Source of the DNA: an uncultured Porphyromonadaceae bacterium
GTDB taxonomy: Bacteria; Bacteroidota; Bacteroidia; Bacteroidales; Muribaculaceae
Assembly: GCA_947575235.1 (NCBI GenBank)
Contig: CANPMT010000001.1
Location: 70,990 to 134,989, forward strand
Reading direction: 5' to 3'
DNA: 64,000 bases
A model generated the notes under the pieces. That model was given only the letters and a program-made list of their open reading frames with translations, searched no databases and had not been told where the DNA came from. Shown in pieces: positions 29,147-39,182 of the stretch. Both the position numbers and the translations under genes were made by a program. Each line of letters begins with the position of its first letter. Position 1 is the stretch's first letter.

Positions 29147-30277
29147 TTGACTACCGACAACAACATACTCGACCGGCAAAGTGTGCTCTCACGCACTTTC
29201 TCCGCGCTGAAATGGTTTCTTGCCCTGACTGTCGTGGCCGACCATTTCCTGCGCCCTATTGATGTAGACACACCTTCCCTCACTTTCCATACCCATACAT
29301 ATCCTCTCTTCCCGGAAATATACTTCTTTATCGTTAGTTTCCTCAAAAACTATGCAGTGCCGGTTTTCTTCTTCATGTCGGGTTATCTTCTATACACTTC
29401 CACCCCTTTCTCTACAAAGAACTATCTCCCGATGCTACGTAAAAGGATCCGCCGGCTCGGTATCCCATTCCTGATATGGAGCATCTTCGGTTTCATAACA
29501 GCATCTCTATTCGCGGCTATCCTGATTCTTTATCTCGATGCCGACCTCTCGGTTTTCCCCTTTCATGATGGCAATTCTCTAAATACACCTCTCCTCATAC
29601 GCAGCTTATTCGGCATACGGGCTTTCCCTGACACCAACGTACCTCTCTGGTATATGCGTGACTTGATTCTGATTCTATGCCTCATCCCACTCCTGCGCTC
29701 GGCTATACGTCACATCGACTGGAGGATATTCACTACCGCTCTCATCCTGATTTTCATACTTCTGTTTGATGACTCCGACGGTTGGCGGTTTGAAGTGGCG
29801 GCGCTCTTCTTCTCTACCGGCTATTTCCTGCGGCTGCATAACATTGACTTTATCGATGTTTTCAAACGGGTGTTCCCTTTCTCGGCAGCCTTGTACATTA
29901 TTCTCGGCTCGACCCATTTCTACCTCGTCTATAACGAACTGAATCCCCTCGCTGCCTCTGTTGTCAAGAACATCAATATATGCAACGGTGTCCCTTTCTT
30001 TATCTATCTCTTCTATCTTCTTGTTGAACGTGGTTGGGTAAAAGGGAGCGCATGGTTCGCGTCGGCATCTTTCTTTATCTATGTCACACACTATCCTCTG
30101 CAGCGTATACTGTATCACACAGTCATAGCTACATTCAAGCCGGCCGACGGTTCCCCCTCCGGAACAGTTATGATTCTCCTTTCTTACGTAATATTAGTTG
30201 GTGGAATCACAGCACTCTATGCCTTACTGCATAAATTCTTTCCGAAATTCATATCTCTCACATCCGGCGGCCGATAA
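29147..30277 (+). CDS. Acyltransferase family 3 membrane protein
   Basis: VVADH, AVPVFFFMSGYL, KRIRRLGIPFLIWS, PLWYMRDL, SFFIYVTH; start codon uncertain. Confidence 0.88.
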   Translation: MTTDNNILDRQSVLSRTFSALKWFLALTVVADHFLRPIDVDTPSLTFHTHTYPLFPEIYFFIVSFLKNYAVPVFFFMSGYLLYTSTPFSTKNYLPMLRKRIRRLGIPFLIWSIFGFITASLFAAILILYLDADLSVFPFHDGNSLNTPLLIRSLFGIRAFPDTNVPLWYMRDLILILCLIPLLRSAIRHIDWRIFTTALILIFILLFDDSDGWRFEVAALFFSTGYFLRLHNIDFIDVFKRVFPFSAALYIILGSTHFYLVYNELNPLAASVVKNINICNGVPFFIYLFYLLVERGWVKGSAWFASASFFIYVTHYPLQRILYHTVIATFKPADGSPSGTVMILLSYVILVGGITALYALLHKFFPKFISLTSGGR

Positions 30278-30302
30278 ATCCTATACCTGATAACCCATAG
30301 CT

Positions 30303-32006
30303 TTATCTTTCGCGGTCATATTTCCAGATTACCTCATCCACATAACGCCGACGTTCCTTAAACTGTGGTGACAGGACATCATCCTCACCGTCATATCCAT
30401 TGTACTCTGTACCGGTAAGAGTCATCAACGTGTAGCCTACGTTGGCTGTAGAGATTCTCTTTCCTACAGACTCCCGCAAGGCTTCCATCATCTCCGGATT
30501 CTCCCTGCGGTATGCCTCATTGGCATACACTACATACGGCACCTCCACGAATCTCTCATCCCGTCCTCTGAAATCACTGTAATCGTAAACACACTCTCCA
30601 TGATCGGAAAAATATATGGCTACCGCAGGCTCTTTCAGCAGCGCCACATCCCTGAATATACAGCTCACTATTGAATCTGAATACCTGATGGAATTGGAAT
30701 AGGTGGCATCCACCTCATATTTCTCAGGAGTCATCCAAGCCCGCGGCATTGCCCGCTCCACATCTTTACCGGTGAAATATCTCCTTTCACCCGGATAACG
30801 CTTCTTGTATGCTGTGTGTGACCCATACATGTGCACCCCGATAAATCTGGCTCTGTCTCCATCCGCCAATGCCTTCCTTACCTCGGGCAATAATGCTTCG
30901 TCATATTTCTGAAGCAACGCATCTTCCGAACTCTCCACCCCCACATAATTCACCACGTCAGCTCTCCCGGCTATCACTCCTGAACTGTTTGACCATATTC
31001 CCGTCCGTTCCTGATTTGAAAGCCAATAAGTCTTGTAACCGGCCCCCTTGAAGATATCGATAAGCAACGGATAGTTCCACCAATCTCCATCCACCGTATC
31101 ATCTTTCTTCAATGTGAGGATCCTGGCCATGTTGCCGGAGGTTGTCACTGATGAACCTATCGCCTCCGTATACACAAACAGGGAGTCGCGCATGGCCTCC
31201 AACCGCGGACTCGTAGGCAACGGATAGCCATAGAGCGACAACCGTCCTCTTGATGCAGATTCCCCAACTATCATCACCACCGTGTGCGCCTTATAGGTGG
31301 AGCTGGCCACATAGTCCCGGTCATTATCATTAATTTTGGCGAGCAGCAATGCAATCTCGCGTTGCTCCCGTCTCACCTCCACAATATTCTTGACAGTACG
31401 CACCGTCAGGAAGAATGAATTCCGTCCGTTGTGCAAACCTGCCATGTATGACACTAATGCCACAACTCCCGCTACAGAACCTGCTAATATAACCCCTGCT
31501 GACAATTTCGGTCTCATTCTTACCATCAGGAGATCTCCGGCTATTATGCCAGCTGTCCAGCACCAGAATCCTGTTGTGAAGACGGCGGCTGAAAGATTGT
31601 TCCACAGACCGGGCAGAAACTCTTTGGTCTCATCGCCGTTGGTCTGCAGAACCACTACCATCAGTTTGTGTGAAATTCCAAAACCGTAGAATTCAAAGCT
31701 TACGAAATTCACCACGCAAAGCAATACGTGAAGCGCTGTCAACAGCCATGCCATGATGGAGGCGAACCTCCATCTCCGGCATAGCCGCAGCAAAACCACA
31801 AAAACGGTGGCTTTCAGAAACGCAATCAGTACGATACAAATCCACTGGATACAGAGAGGACTGGTTAGTAGCCGCGACCCGGGTATGTCCATCATACCCA
31901 AGACCGAAACCACCATCAGGAGATACCATAACTGACGGTTACCTCCTTCTCCAAACCTCCTTATGTAAGCCGACAAAAGATTATGTATCGACGTGAATCG
32001 TTTCAT
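30303..32006 (-). CDS. Phosphoethanolamine transferase (EptA/CptA-like sulfatase fold)
   Basis: N-terminal TM helices, QTN..E..EF, MIVGESA, LYGY...TSP, WLSNQ, HMYGSH, YSNSI, YFSDHGE. Confidence 0.9.
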   Translation of the reverse strand: MKRFTSIHNLLSAYIRRFGEGGNRQLWYLLMVVSVLGMMDIPGSRLLTSPLCIQWICIVLIAFLKATVFVVLLRLCRRWRFASIMAWLLTALHVLLCVVNFVSFEFYGFGISHKLMVVVLQTNGDETKEFLPGLWNNLSAAVFTTGFWCWTAGIIAGDLLMVRMRPKLSAGVILAGSVAGVVALVSYMAGLHNGRNSFFLTVRTVKNIVEVRREQREIALLLAKINDNDRDYVASSTYKAHTVVMIVGESASRGRLSLYGYPLPTSPRLEAMRDSLFVYTEAIGSSVTTSGNMARILTLKKDDTVDGDWWNYPLLIDIFKGAGYKTYWLSNQERTGIWSNSSGVIAGRADVVNYVGVESSEDALLQKYDEALLPEVRKALADGDRARFIGVHMYGSHTAYKKRYPGERRYFTGKDVERAMPRAWMTPEKYEVDATYSNSIRYSDSIVSCIFRDVALLKEPAVAIYFSDHGECVYDYSDFRGRDERFVEVPYVVYANEAYRRENPEMMEALRESVGKRISTANVGYTLMTLTGTEYNGYDGEDDVLSPQFKERRRYVDEVIWKYDRER

Positions 32007-32027
32007 GAAACCAATTTGATAAGCAGT

Positions 32028-33890
32028 TTAATTTTCAAGGATATAAAGGGCGCGTGGAGCGAATGTCATCTTCTCGGTTATGGTGACAGGCTCTCCGGTG
32101 AGCATATCGGTGAGCTTCGTGCCGTAAGGTAATATCTCCAGCGTCTGCTCCATATCCATTGTCACCTCGTCATCATTGCCATTCATCATGACAACAACCT
32201 GACGGTCGCCCAACCTGCGCTCGTAGACGTAGACACCCTGATATGGCATGAAATGGCGCAGACTCCCCTTCGCTATCACATCGTTACCCTTACGCCAATG
32301 AAGCACCCTCTTCATGAAGTCGAGGGCCTCCTTCTGTTTCGCGGTCAGGCCCTTACCGGTAAAGGCATTCACCTCTCCGCTGTCGTCAGGGAAACCGCCC
32401 GGCATATCCAGACGTATGTAGCCGTCGCTCTTCTCCTTCGAACCGTTCATCAGTATCTCGGTGCCGTAATATAGCTGGGGTATGCCGCGCGAGGTGAGCA
32501 GGAACGCGAGCGCCTGTTTCCACCATCCTAAATTTTCCGGCTCCTCGAGCAGGAATCGGTCGGTGTCATGGTTATCGAGGAAGGTAAGTATCTTCGACGG
32601 ATTCGGGAAAAGGTAATCAAGGGCGAGATGGTCATATATCTTGTTAAGTCCTGTCCATTCACCCGTCTCGCCTGAGAAGGCGTCGCGGGCCTTCTGCGAC
32701 AGCACGAAATCCATGACTGTCTCAAGCTCCGGATCACCCTGACGGTTGGTATAGGAACCCCTCTGCCAGAAGGCCTCGCCACCCTCATTTTCATACCAGC
32801 ACTCACCCACGATATTGAAATCGGGATACTCCTTGCGGACAGCCTTGAGCCAGGAAACCATACCGTTGAAATCGGCATAGGGATACGTATCCATGCGAAT
32901 CCCGTCGATACCGGCATCCTCTATCCACCAGATTGAGTTCTGAATCAGATACCTCATCAGGTGCGGATTACGTTGGTTCAGGTCGGGCATACCCTTCACA
33001 AACCAGCCATCGACGGTGCGGCTCTTGTCATAATCGCTCACATAGGGGTCATGAAGCGTGGAGAGACGGTAATTTGTCTGCACATATTTCTCGGTGTTGT
33101 TATACCAGTCTTTCGAAGGCATATCCTTCATCCAGGGATGGTTGTCGCCCGAGTGGTTGAATATCATATCCATCACCACCTTTATGCCCCGCTGGTGGGC
33201 CTCGTCGATAAATTCGCGCCACTCCTCATTAGTGCCCAGACGGGGGTCAATTCTGTAATAGTCGGTAGTGGCATAGCCATGATAGGCACCACCCTTCATA
33301 TCATTCTCAAGCACCGGGCATACCCATACGGCGGTCACGCCGAGCGAGTCGATATAATCGAGATGCTGACGCAGACCTCCGATATTGCCACCATGCCGGC
33401 CATTGGGATTGCTGCGGTCGGCGGTGACCGGGTAATCCAAATCCTTCACGGCTTTCCTCTCATCGCGTCCGTCTGAGGCGAAGCGGTCGGGCATGATAAG
33501 ATAGAGCACATCTGACGAGTCGAAACCTTTCCGGTTTTCCGACCCGGCCTTACGCGCTTTCAGAGTATAGGGCACCTTGACACTCCTCTTACCCTCCGAG
33601 AGTTTCAGATCAAGTGTGCCGGGACGGGCATCGCGGTCAATCTGAAGATAGAGGAAGAGATAATTCGGATTGTCGAGTTTCACCTGCTCGATGATTCTCA
33701 CATCAGGATACTCAAGCGAGGCGGTAGCTCCGGCGATATCCTTGCCATGAAGCATCAGCTGGAGAGTATCCTGCCGCATTCCGGTCCACCAGTAAGGCGG
33801 CTCCACGCGGTCGACAGTAAACGGCGCGTTGGCTGCCGTGCCCGTCAATGAGGCTGCCATCATGGCAAGCGATGATAATAGATGTTTCAT
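32028..33890 (-). CDS. GH13 neopullulanase/cyclomaltodextrinase (SusA-like)
   Basis: RVEPPYWW, YLIMPDRF, YHGYATTDYY, DMIFNH, GIRMDT, VGECW, FLDNHD; -7 box at 33916-33923 (minus). Confidence 0.93.
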   Translation of the reverse strand: MKHLLSSLAMMAASLTGTAANAPFTVDRVEPPYWWTGMRQDTLQLMLHGKDIAGATASLEYPDVRIIEQVKLDNPNYLFLYLQIDRDARPGTLDLKLSEGKRSVKVPYTLKARKAGSENRKGFDSSDVLYLIMPDRFASDGRDERKAVKDLDYPVTADRSNPNGRHGGNIGGLRQHLDYIDSLGVTAVWVCPVLENDMKGGAYHGYATTDYYRIDPRLGTNEEWREFIDEAHQRGIKVVMDMIFNHSGDNHPWMKDMPSKDWYNNTEKYVQTNYRLSTLHDPYVSDYDKSRTVDGWFVKGMPDLNQRNPHLMRYLIQNSIWWIEDAGIDGIRMDTYPYADFNGMVSWLKAVRKEYPDFNIVGECWYENEGGEAFWQRGSYTNRQGDPELETVMDFVLSQKARDAFSGETGEWTGLNKIYDHLALDYLFPNPSKILTFLDNHDTDRFLLEEPENLGWWKQALAFLLTSRGIPQLYYGTEILMNGSKEKSDGYIRLDMPGGFPDDSGEVNAFTGKGLTAKQKEALDFMKRVLHWRKGNDVIAKGSLRHFMPYQGVYVYERRLGDRQVVVMMNGNDDEVTMDMEQTLEILPYGTKLTDMLTGEPVTITEKMTFAPRALYILEN

Positions 33891-34048
33891 AATCTAACGA
33901 ATTTATTCAGTAATGCAAAGTTACGAATTTTAGGATTAAAACCTATTCCTGGCACAATTAAAATTTCAGTCTACGCATTTCCACTATTTTTTATTATCTT
34001 TGCACACCCTGCCCATCTTTCAACCCGATGGCAGGGTGTGTTGTTGTT

Positions 34049-34936
34049 ATGGAAGAGATTATCGACAGATTAGGATGGATTCTCTGCGGCGCGCTGGCTC
34101 TGCTGCTTCTCTCAGTATGGGGGATGTGGCGTTGGCGTCGCGGACGCGCTGCACGTAACGGTCGGCGCGGTGAAAAGCGCGTCAGCCGCGAGTTGCGCCG
34201 TCTGCGCAAACGGAGCAATATCCTTATCGACGACCTCCTGATTGCCGACAAGGATGGGCGCACTGTGCAGATTGACCATATCCTGCTGAGCACCCGGGGG
34301 GTATTCGTAATCGAGACCAAGAGCCATAAGGGTCGGATCTCCGGCTCCGAGCATTCGCAATATTGGCAGCAGAAGCTCTGGATGCAGACCCGTTCATTCT
34401 ATAACCCGCTCCTGCAGAATGCCACCCATATCCGGCTGTTGTCAAAGCTTCTTCCGGGTATCGAGCCGGTTTCGATGGTGGTCTTCACCGAGGCATCGCG
34501 CCTTGAGATCGAGGCCGACGACATAGTGGAGCACCGCACATTGCTGCGCGACAAGCATACGTCGCGCACGTTCAATCCCGAGGAGAGCGTAAGCCGCAGC
34601 TGGTGGCGCCGCCGTAAGGCTGTCGTGCTCGATGAGTCGAAGATTGTGACCCGTCTCCAGGGACTGCGCAATGAGATAAAACGGCGCGACTGCATATATG
34701 AGCAGGATGAGATTGAACTTCTGGCCACACGCCTGCGTGAGCTCAACGACAAGAGCCGTAAATCGCGCCGCGACCATACACGGTATGCCCGGGAGGCGGC
34801 CTCGAAATCGTCGCGCCTTATCCGACAGGGTGTCTGCCCGCGATGCGGCAGCGCGTTAGGTATACGTAAAGGTACTCATGGTGAGTTCTTAGGGTGTACG
34901 GCCTATCCCTCATGCCGGTTCACATCACAATTATAA
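34049..34936 (+). CDS. NERD-domain nuclease-related protein with C-terminal topoisomerase-type C4 zinc ribbon
   Basis: N-terminal TM helix, G..GE, QIDHILL..GVFVIETK, NPLLQN..H, CPRCG..FLGCTAYPSC; -7 box at 33995-34002. Confidence 0.88.
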   Translation: MEEIIDRLGWILCGALALLLLSVWGMWRWRRGRAARNGRRGEKRVSRELRRLRKRSNILIDDLLIADKDGRTVQIDHILLSTRGVFVIETKSHKGRISGSEHSQYWQQKLWMQTRSFYNPLLQNATHIRLLSKLLPGIEPVSMVVFTEASRLEIEADDIVEHRTLLRDKHTSRTFNPEESVSRSWWRRRKAVVLDESKIVTRLQGLRNEIKRRDCIYEQDEIELLATRLRELNDKSRKSRRDHTRYAREAASKSSRLIRQGVCPRCGSALGIRKGTHGEFLGCTAYPSCRFTSQL

Positions 34937-34949
34937 AACTTGTTTCAGT

Positions 34950-35504
34950 ATGGCAGATAATTACCTTGAACAACGTATGGAGGATTTACGCACAGGCCGT
35001 CTACGGTCATCTCTCTCGGCGGCCTCAAGACCCTCGGCAGTGAAACGCCGCGTGCTCGTGGCAGCCGGCACCACTCCCTTGGGGATGGATATCGCCCGCA
35101 GGTATCTGCGCAGGGGTTTCCGCGTGGCCATATTCGGTTTCGACGCGGAGGCAGGTCGTGAGATGGCCTACCGCGAAGGGGTGCGCTTCCATCACCTCCC
35201 CTCAGGTGAGGACCGCGAGGCTACGGAGGCCGCTTTCGCCAATCTGCTGAAGGCCTGGCGCGATGTGGATATCGTGATTATACCCCACGTAGCCGAGCAT
35301 CAGGAGAGGATGGCTGAGACACTTGCCGCCATGTGGGACGCACATCGCAGACGCTACCCTATCCCCACCGATTTCGGAGGTGAGTTTATCCTGCTTCATC
35401 CCGACGGGGAGACACCCTCCGGGATTCCTCAGATTTCCACCCTCCTCTCGCAGCATGATATAACCACTAAATATATATCAACCTCTCAATTTATTGATTT
35501 GTAA
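34950..35504 (+). CDS. Degenerate SDR/Rossmann-like protein
   Basis: MADNYLE N-terminus; [11 protein letters not shown] Rossmann remnant; no YxxxK motif; TAATG overlap with copA. Confidence 0.6.
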   Translation: MADNYLEQRMEDLRTGRLRSSLSAASRPSAVKRRVLVAAGTTPLGMDIARRYLRRGFRVAIFGFDAEAGREMAYREGVRFHHLPSGEDREATEAAFANLLKAWRDVDIVIIPHVAEHQERMAETLAAMWDAHRRRYPIPTDFGGEFILLHPDGETPSGIPQISTLLSQHDITTKYISTSQFIDL

Positions 35505-37699
35505 TGCCGAAAAGTATCAAAAATAATTTCCCTGTCACCGGTATGGCTTGCGCCGCATGTGCGGCCCATGTGGAGAGGACCCTCAAGGGCACACCGGGTG
35601 TGAAGAGCGCGGGGGTGAATTTCGCCACCTCGACAGCCAACGTGGAGTATGACCCCTCGCAGACCTCACCCCTCCGGCTGCAGCAGGCTGTGCGCGATGC
35701 CGGCTACGACCTCCTCTTCAACGAAGCCACCGAGGAGGTGGAACGCCGTCAGGCTGAGAATTACCGGCAGTTGAAGACCGCCACCATATGGGCCATTGTC
35801 CTTTCAGCTCCTGTGGTAGTGATCGGTATGTTCTTCATGCACATGCCCTTTGCCAACCTTATAATGCTCATACTCTCCACTCCGGTCGTGTTCTGGTTCG
35901 GGCGCCGTTTCTTTGTGGGTGCCTGGAAACAGCTGCGCCACAAGTCGGCCAACATGGATACCTTGGTGGCATTGAGCACCGGCATAGCATGGCTCTTCAG
36001 CGTTGCCAACATGCTCTGGCCCTCCTACTGGCTCTCGAAGGGGATACATCCCCACGTTTATTTTGAAGCCGCCGCTGTGATTGTGGCCTTTATCCTCTTG
36101 GGCCGCATGATGGAGAGCAAAGCCAAGGGTAACACCTCTTCTGCCATCAAGAAACTGATGGGACTTCAGCCTAAGACAGTCATGGTGATTGACGGAGAGG
36201 GAGCCCAGGTGGAGATTCCTGTCGAGCAGCTTAAAGAGGGTGACACGGTGATGGTGCGTCCCGGTGAACGGATTGCCGTTGACGGAGTTGTCACCGACGG
36301 CTCATCGTATGTCGACGAGTCGATGCTCAGCGGCGAACCGATACCGGTTGAGAAACAGGCCGGGGCGAAGGTCTATGCCGGCACAATCAACGGCACAGGC
36401 TCATTCCGTTTCCGGGCTGAGAAGACCGGCAGCGACACTCTTCTCTCCAAGATTATCCGCATGGTGCAGGATGCCCAGGGGAGCAAGGCTCCGGTGCAGC
36501 AGCTTGTCGACAAGATAGCGGCTGTCTTCGTGCCAGTTATTATCTCGATAGCGGTGATAGCATTTATAATCTGGATTACCTGCGATCATTCGGAGGGATT
36601 CTCCCATGGACTTTTGGCGGCGGTGACAGTGCTTATCATAGCTTGCCCCTGCGCCTTGGGTCTGGCCACCCCCACCGCCATAATGGTGGGGATAGGGAAA
36701 GGAGCCGAGAAGGGTATACTGATAAAGGATGCGGAGTCGCTTGAGGCCGCACCCCGCATAAATGCCGTGGTACTGGATAAGACCGGCACAATCACCGAGG
36801 GGCATCCTGTGGTGGAGAATGTGGCACGATTCCGCGAGGTAGCCGACAGCGACGCTATTCTCGTGGCTATGGAGAGCGCGTCGGAACATCCCTTGGCGCG
36901 GGCCATAACCGACCATTTCAAAGCGGCGCATTCGGTTGAGGTCAGCGGTTTCGACAGCGTCACCGGACGCGGTGTCAAGGCCACCTTCAACGGAGTGACA
37001 TATTATGCCGGCAACCGTCGTATGATGGAGGAGAACAACATCCCGATGACGGCTGAGGTTGCAGCGGAGGCGAAGCGGCTCTCTGACGAGGCGAATACAT
37101 TGGTATGGTTTGCCGACGCCTCCGGAGTCATATCCCTCATCGGCATAACCGATCCTATAAAACCGGGGTCAGCCAAAGCGGTGGCCGAACTTGAGAAGAT
37201 GGGGATAGAGGTGTATATGCTCACCGGCGACAATGAGGCCACCGCACGCGCCATAGCGCGCAAGGCGGGTATAACCCACGTCAAGGCCGAGGTGCTCCCT
37301 CAGGATAAATCCGAGTTTGTGGAGAAGCTGCAGAACGAAGGGAAACATGTGGCCATGGTGGGCGACGGCATCAACGACAGTGCGGCATTGGCGGTGGCCG
37401 ACCTGAGCATTGCCATGGGCACCGGGAGCGACATAGCCATTGAAGTCGCCAAGATGACAATTGTATCGGCCGACCTCACAAAGATTCCGGAAGCGATACG
37501 CCTCTCCAAGGCCACAGTGCGCACCATACGCCAGAACCTCTTCTGGGCATTCATCTACAACATTATCGGTGTGCCGTTGGCCGCCGGTGTGCTCTACCCT
37601 GTCAACGGATTCCTTCTCAACCCGATGCTTGCCGGAGCCGCAATGGCCTTCAGCAGTGTGTCGGTGGTAACAAACTCACTTCTGCTTAAACGACGTTAA
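35504..37699 (+). CDS. copA: Copper-translocating P1B-type ATPase
   Basis: GMACAAC metal-binding domain, SGEP, CPC, DKTGT, SEHPLA, GDGIND, YN and MAFSS motifs. Confidence 0.95.
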   Translation: MPKSIKNNFPVTGMACAACAAHVERTLKGTPGVKSAGVNFATSTANVEYDPSQTSPLRLQQAVRDAGYDLLFNEATEEVERRQAENYRQLKTATIWAIVLSAPVVVIGMFFMHMPFANLIMLILSTPVVFWFGRRFFVGAWKQLRHKSANMDTLVALSTGIAWLFSVANMLWPSYWLSKGIHPHVYFEAAAVIVAFILLGRMMESKAKGNTSSAIKKLMGLQPKTVMVIDGEGAQVEIPVEQLKEGDTVMVRPGERIAVDGVVTDGSSYVDESMLSGEPIPVEKQAGAKVYAGTINGTGSFRFRAEKTGSDTLLSKIIRMVQDAQGSKAPVQQLVDKIAAVFVPVIISIAVIAFIIWITCDHSEGFSHGLLAAVTVLIIACPCALGLATPTAIMVGIGKGAEKGILIKDAESLEAAPRINAVVLDKTGTITEGHPVVENVARFREVADSDAILVAMESASEHPLARAITDHFKAAHSVEVSGFDSVTGRGVKATFNGVTYYAGNRRMMEENNIPMTAEVAAEAKRLSDEANTLVWFADASGVISLIGITDPIKPGSAKAVAELEKMGIEVYMLTGDNEATARAIARKAGITHVKAEVLPQDKSEFVEKLQNEGKHVAMVGDGINDSAALAVADLSIAMGTGSDIAIEVAKMTIVSADLTKIPEAIRLSKATVRTIRQNLFWAFIYNIIGVPLAAGVLYPVNGFLLNPMLAGAAMAFSSVSVVTNSLLLKRR

Positions 37700-37700
37700 A

Positions 37701-39071
37701 ATGGCAACTCCCAAATTCTCGATACGCGAAAACATCGCTATCGTGGCCATACTTCTGGTGCTGGTCATGACGGTGCTCGACGTCACGTTGGTAAATGTGG
37801 CCGTACCGGTAATGGCCGTGAAGTTCGGCATATCGGATTCAGCAGCCGTATGGATAATAACCATCTATCAGCTGTTCATAACGATGCTGTTGCTTCCGGT
37901 GTCGTCGATGGGCGACCTCTTCAGTTACAAGCGATGTTTTCTGACTGGAGTGGCCATATTCACCATCTCCTCCGGACTGTGCGCCGCCTCGCAGTCATTC
38001 ACCATGATAATCATATCGCGTGCCTTGCAGGGGTTCGGGGCAGCCTGCATCATGGGTGTCAACATAGCATTGACCCGCATCATATATCCCCGCGAGGTAT
38101 TGGGGCGTGGTCTGGCACTCAATGCCATGGTGATAGCCATAGCCACGGCGGCCGGGCCGTCGATAGCGGGAGCGCTTCTCTCGATAGCCTCCTGGCATTG
38201 GCTCTTCATAATCAACCTCCCCATCGGTGTGGTGGTGTTCATATTGGGCTACCGTCTTCTGCCGCAGAATCCGCCGCGCGACAAAGTGCGCCGCTACGAC
38301 TGGATAAGCGCTATCGAGAACGTGCTGACTTTCGGCCTTATCTTCTATGCCTTGGGATCGTTTGCCCGCAAAGGCGACCTTCACGTTGTGGCACTTCTGC
38401 TGATTGCCGGTATTGTAATCGGTATATTCTATGTGAGGCGTCAGCTCCACCGCGAATATCCTATGCTGCCTGTCGACCTCTTCCGCATCAAGCTCTACAG
38501 CCAGAGCATCGTCACCTCAACCTGCTCATTCATAGCGCAGAATCTGGCGATGATCTCCCTCCCCTTCCTCTTTCTGAACCTGCTCGGATTCTCGGAGATA
38601 ATGACCGGCTTGCTGATGACCCCATGGTCGATCGCCACGATGATTGTGTCGCCATTGGCTGCGCGGTTTATCGAACGGCATAATCCGGCCATCACGGCGG
38701 CCTGCGGCATGGGTGTCTACGCCATAGGTGTTGTACTGATGCTGCTTGTGACTCCGGGCTGCAGCCATTGGGATATAGTGTGGCGCATGACCATCTGCGG
38801 CATAGGGTTTGGCCTCTACCAGACCCCCAACAACATAGTCATGGTAATGGCCACGCCGATAAAGCGCACCGGGGGAGCCGGTGGGATGCAGAGCACGGCG
38901 CGCCTTGTGGGACAGACCTTGGGAGCCACATTCGTGACTCTGATCTTCGCCATCACGGCGCCCATGACAGTCTCGGTGAGATTCTGTCTCGGAGGAGCCA
39001 TCTTCTTCGGTCTCGCAGCCGGCGCCCTCTCCCTTCTCCGCGCCTCCGGCAGCCGCCGCCCCGCCGCCTGA
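37701..39071 (+). CDS. DHA2-family MFS transporter
   Basis: LDVTLVNVA, SRALQG, GPSIAG, WHWLFIINLPIG; about 14 TM segments. Confidence 0.9.
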   Translation: MATPKFSIRENIAIVAILLVLVMTVLDVTLVNVAVPVMAVKFGISDSAAVWIITIYQLFITMLLLPVSSMGDLFSYKRCFLTGVAIFTISSGLCAASQSFTMIIISRALQGFGAACIMGVNIALTRIIYPREVLGRGLALNAMVIAIATAAGPSIAGALLSIASWHWLFIINLPIGVVVFILGYRLLPQNPPRDKVRRYDWISAIENVLTFGLIFYALGSFARKGDLHVVALLLIAGIVIGIFYVRRQLHREYPMLPVDLFRIKLYSQSIVTSTCSFIAQNLAMISLPFLFLNLLGFSEIMTGLLMTPWSIATMIVSPLAARFIERHNPAITAACGMGVYAIGVVLMLLVTPGCSHWDIVWRMTICGIGFGLYQTPNNIVMVMATPIKRTGGAGGMQSTARLVGQTLGATFVTLIFAITAPMTVSVRFCLGGAIFFGLAAGALSLLRASGSRRPAA

Positions 39072-39085
39072 CCATGAAGCGAAGA

Positions 39086-39118
39086 AAAGGCCCGGATTTC
39101 AGATGAATCCGGGCCTTT
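39086..39118. terminator. Bidirectional terminator
   Basis: aaaggcccggatt-N7-aatccgggccttt between convergent genes. Confidence 0.85.
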
Positions 39119-39182
39119 GCTGTTATGACTTTTTATTTCTCACACGTGCCAGATTAATTTCCGCGCGTGCCGGGATTATTTC

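Noticed and set aside
30303-32006. mcr-type mobile colistin resistance gene
   Set aside because: Generic chromosomal pEtN transferase motifs with no mobile context; target unknown.
37850-38683. 277-aa alternative-frame ORF inside the MFS gene
   Set aside because: Out-of-frame overlap with low-information composition and no independent start signals.
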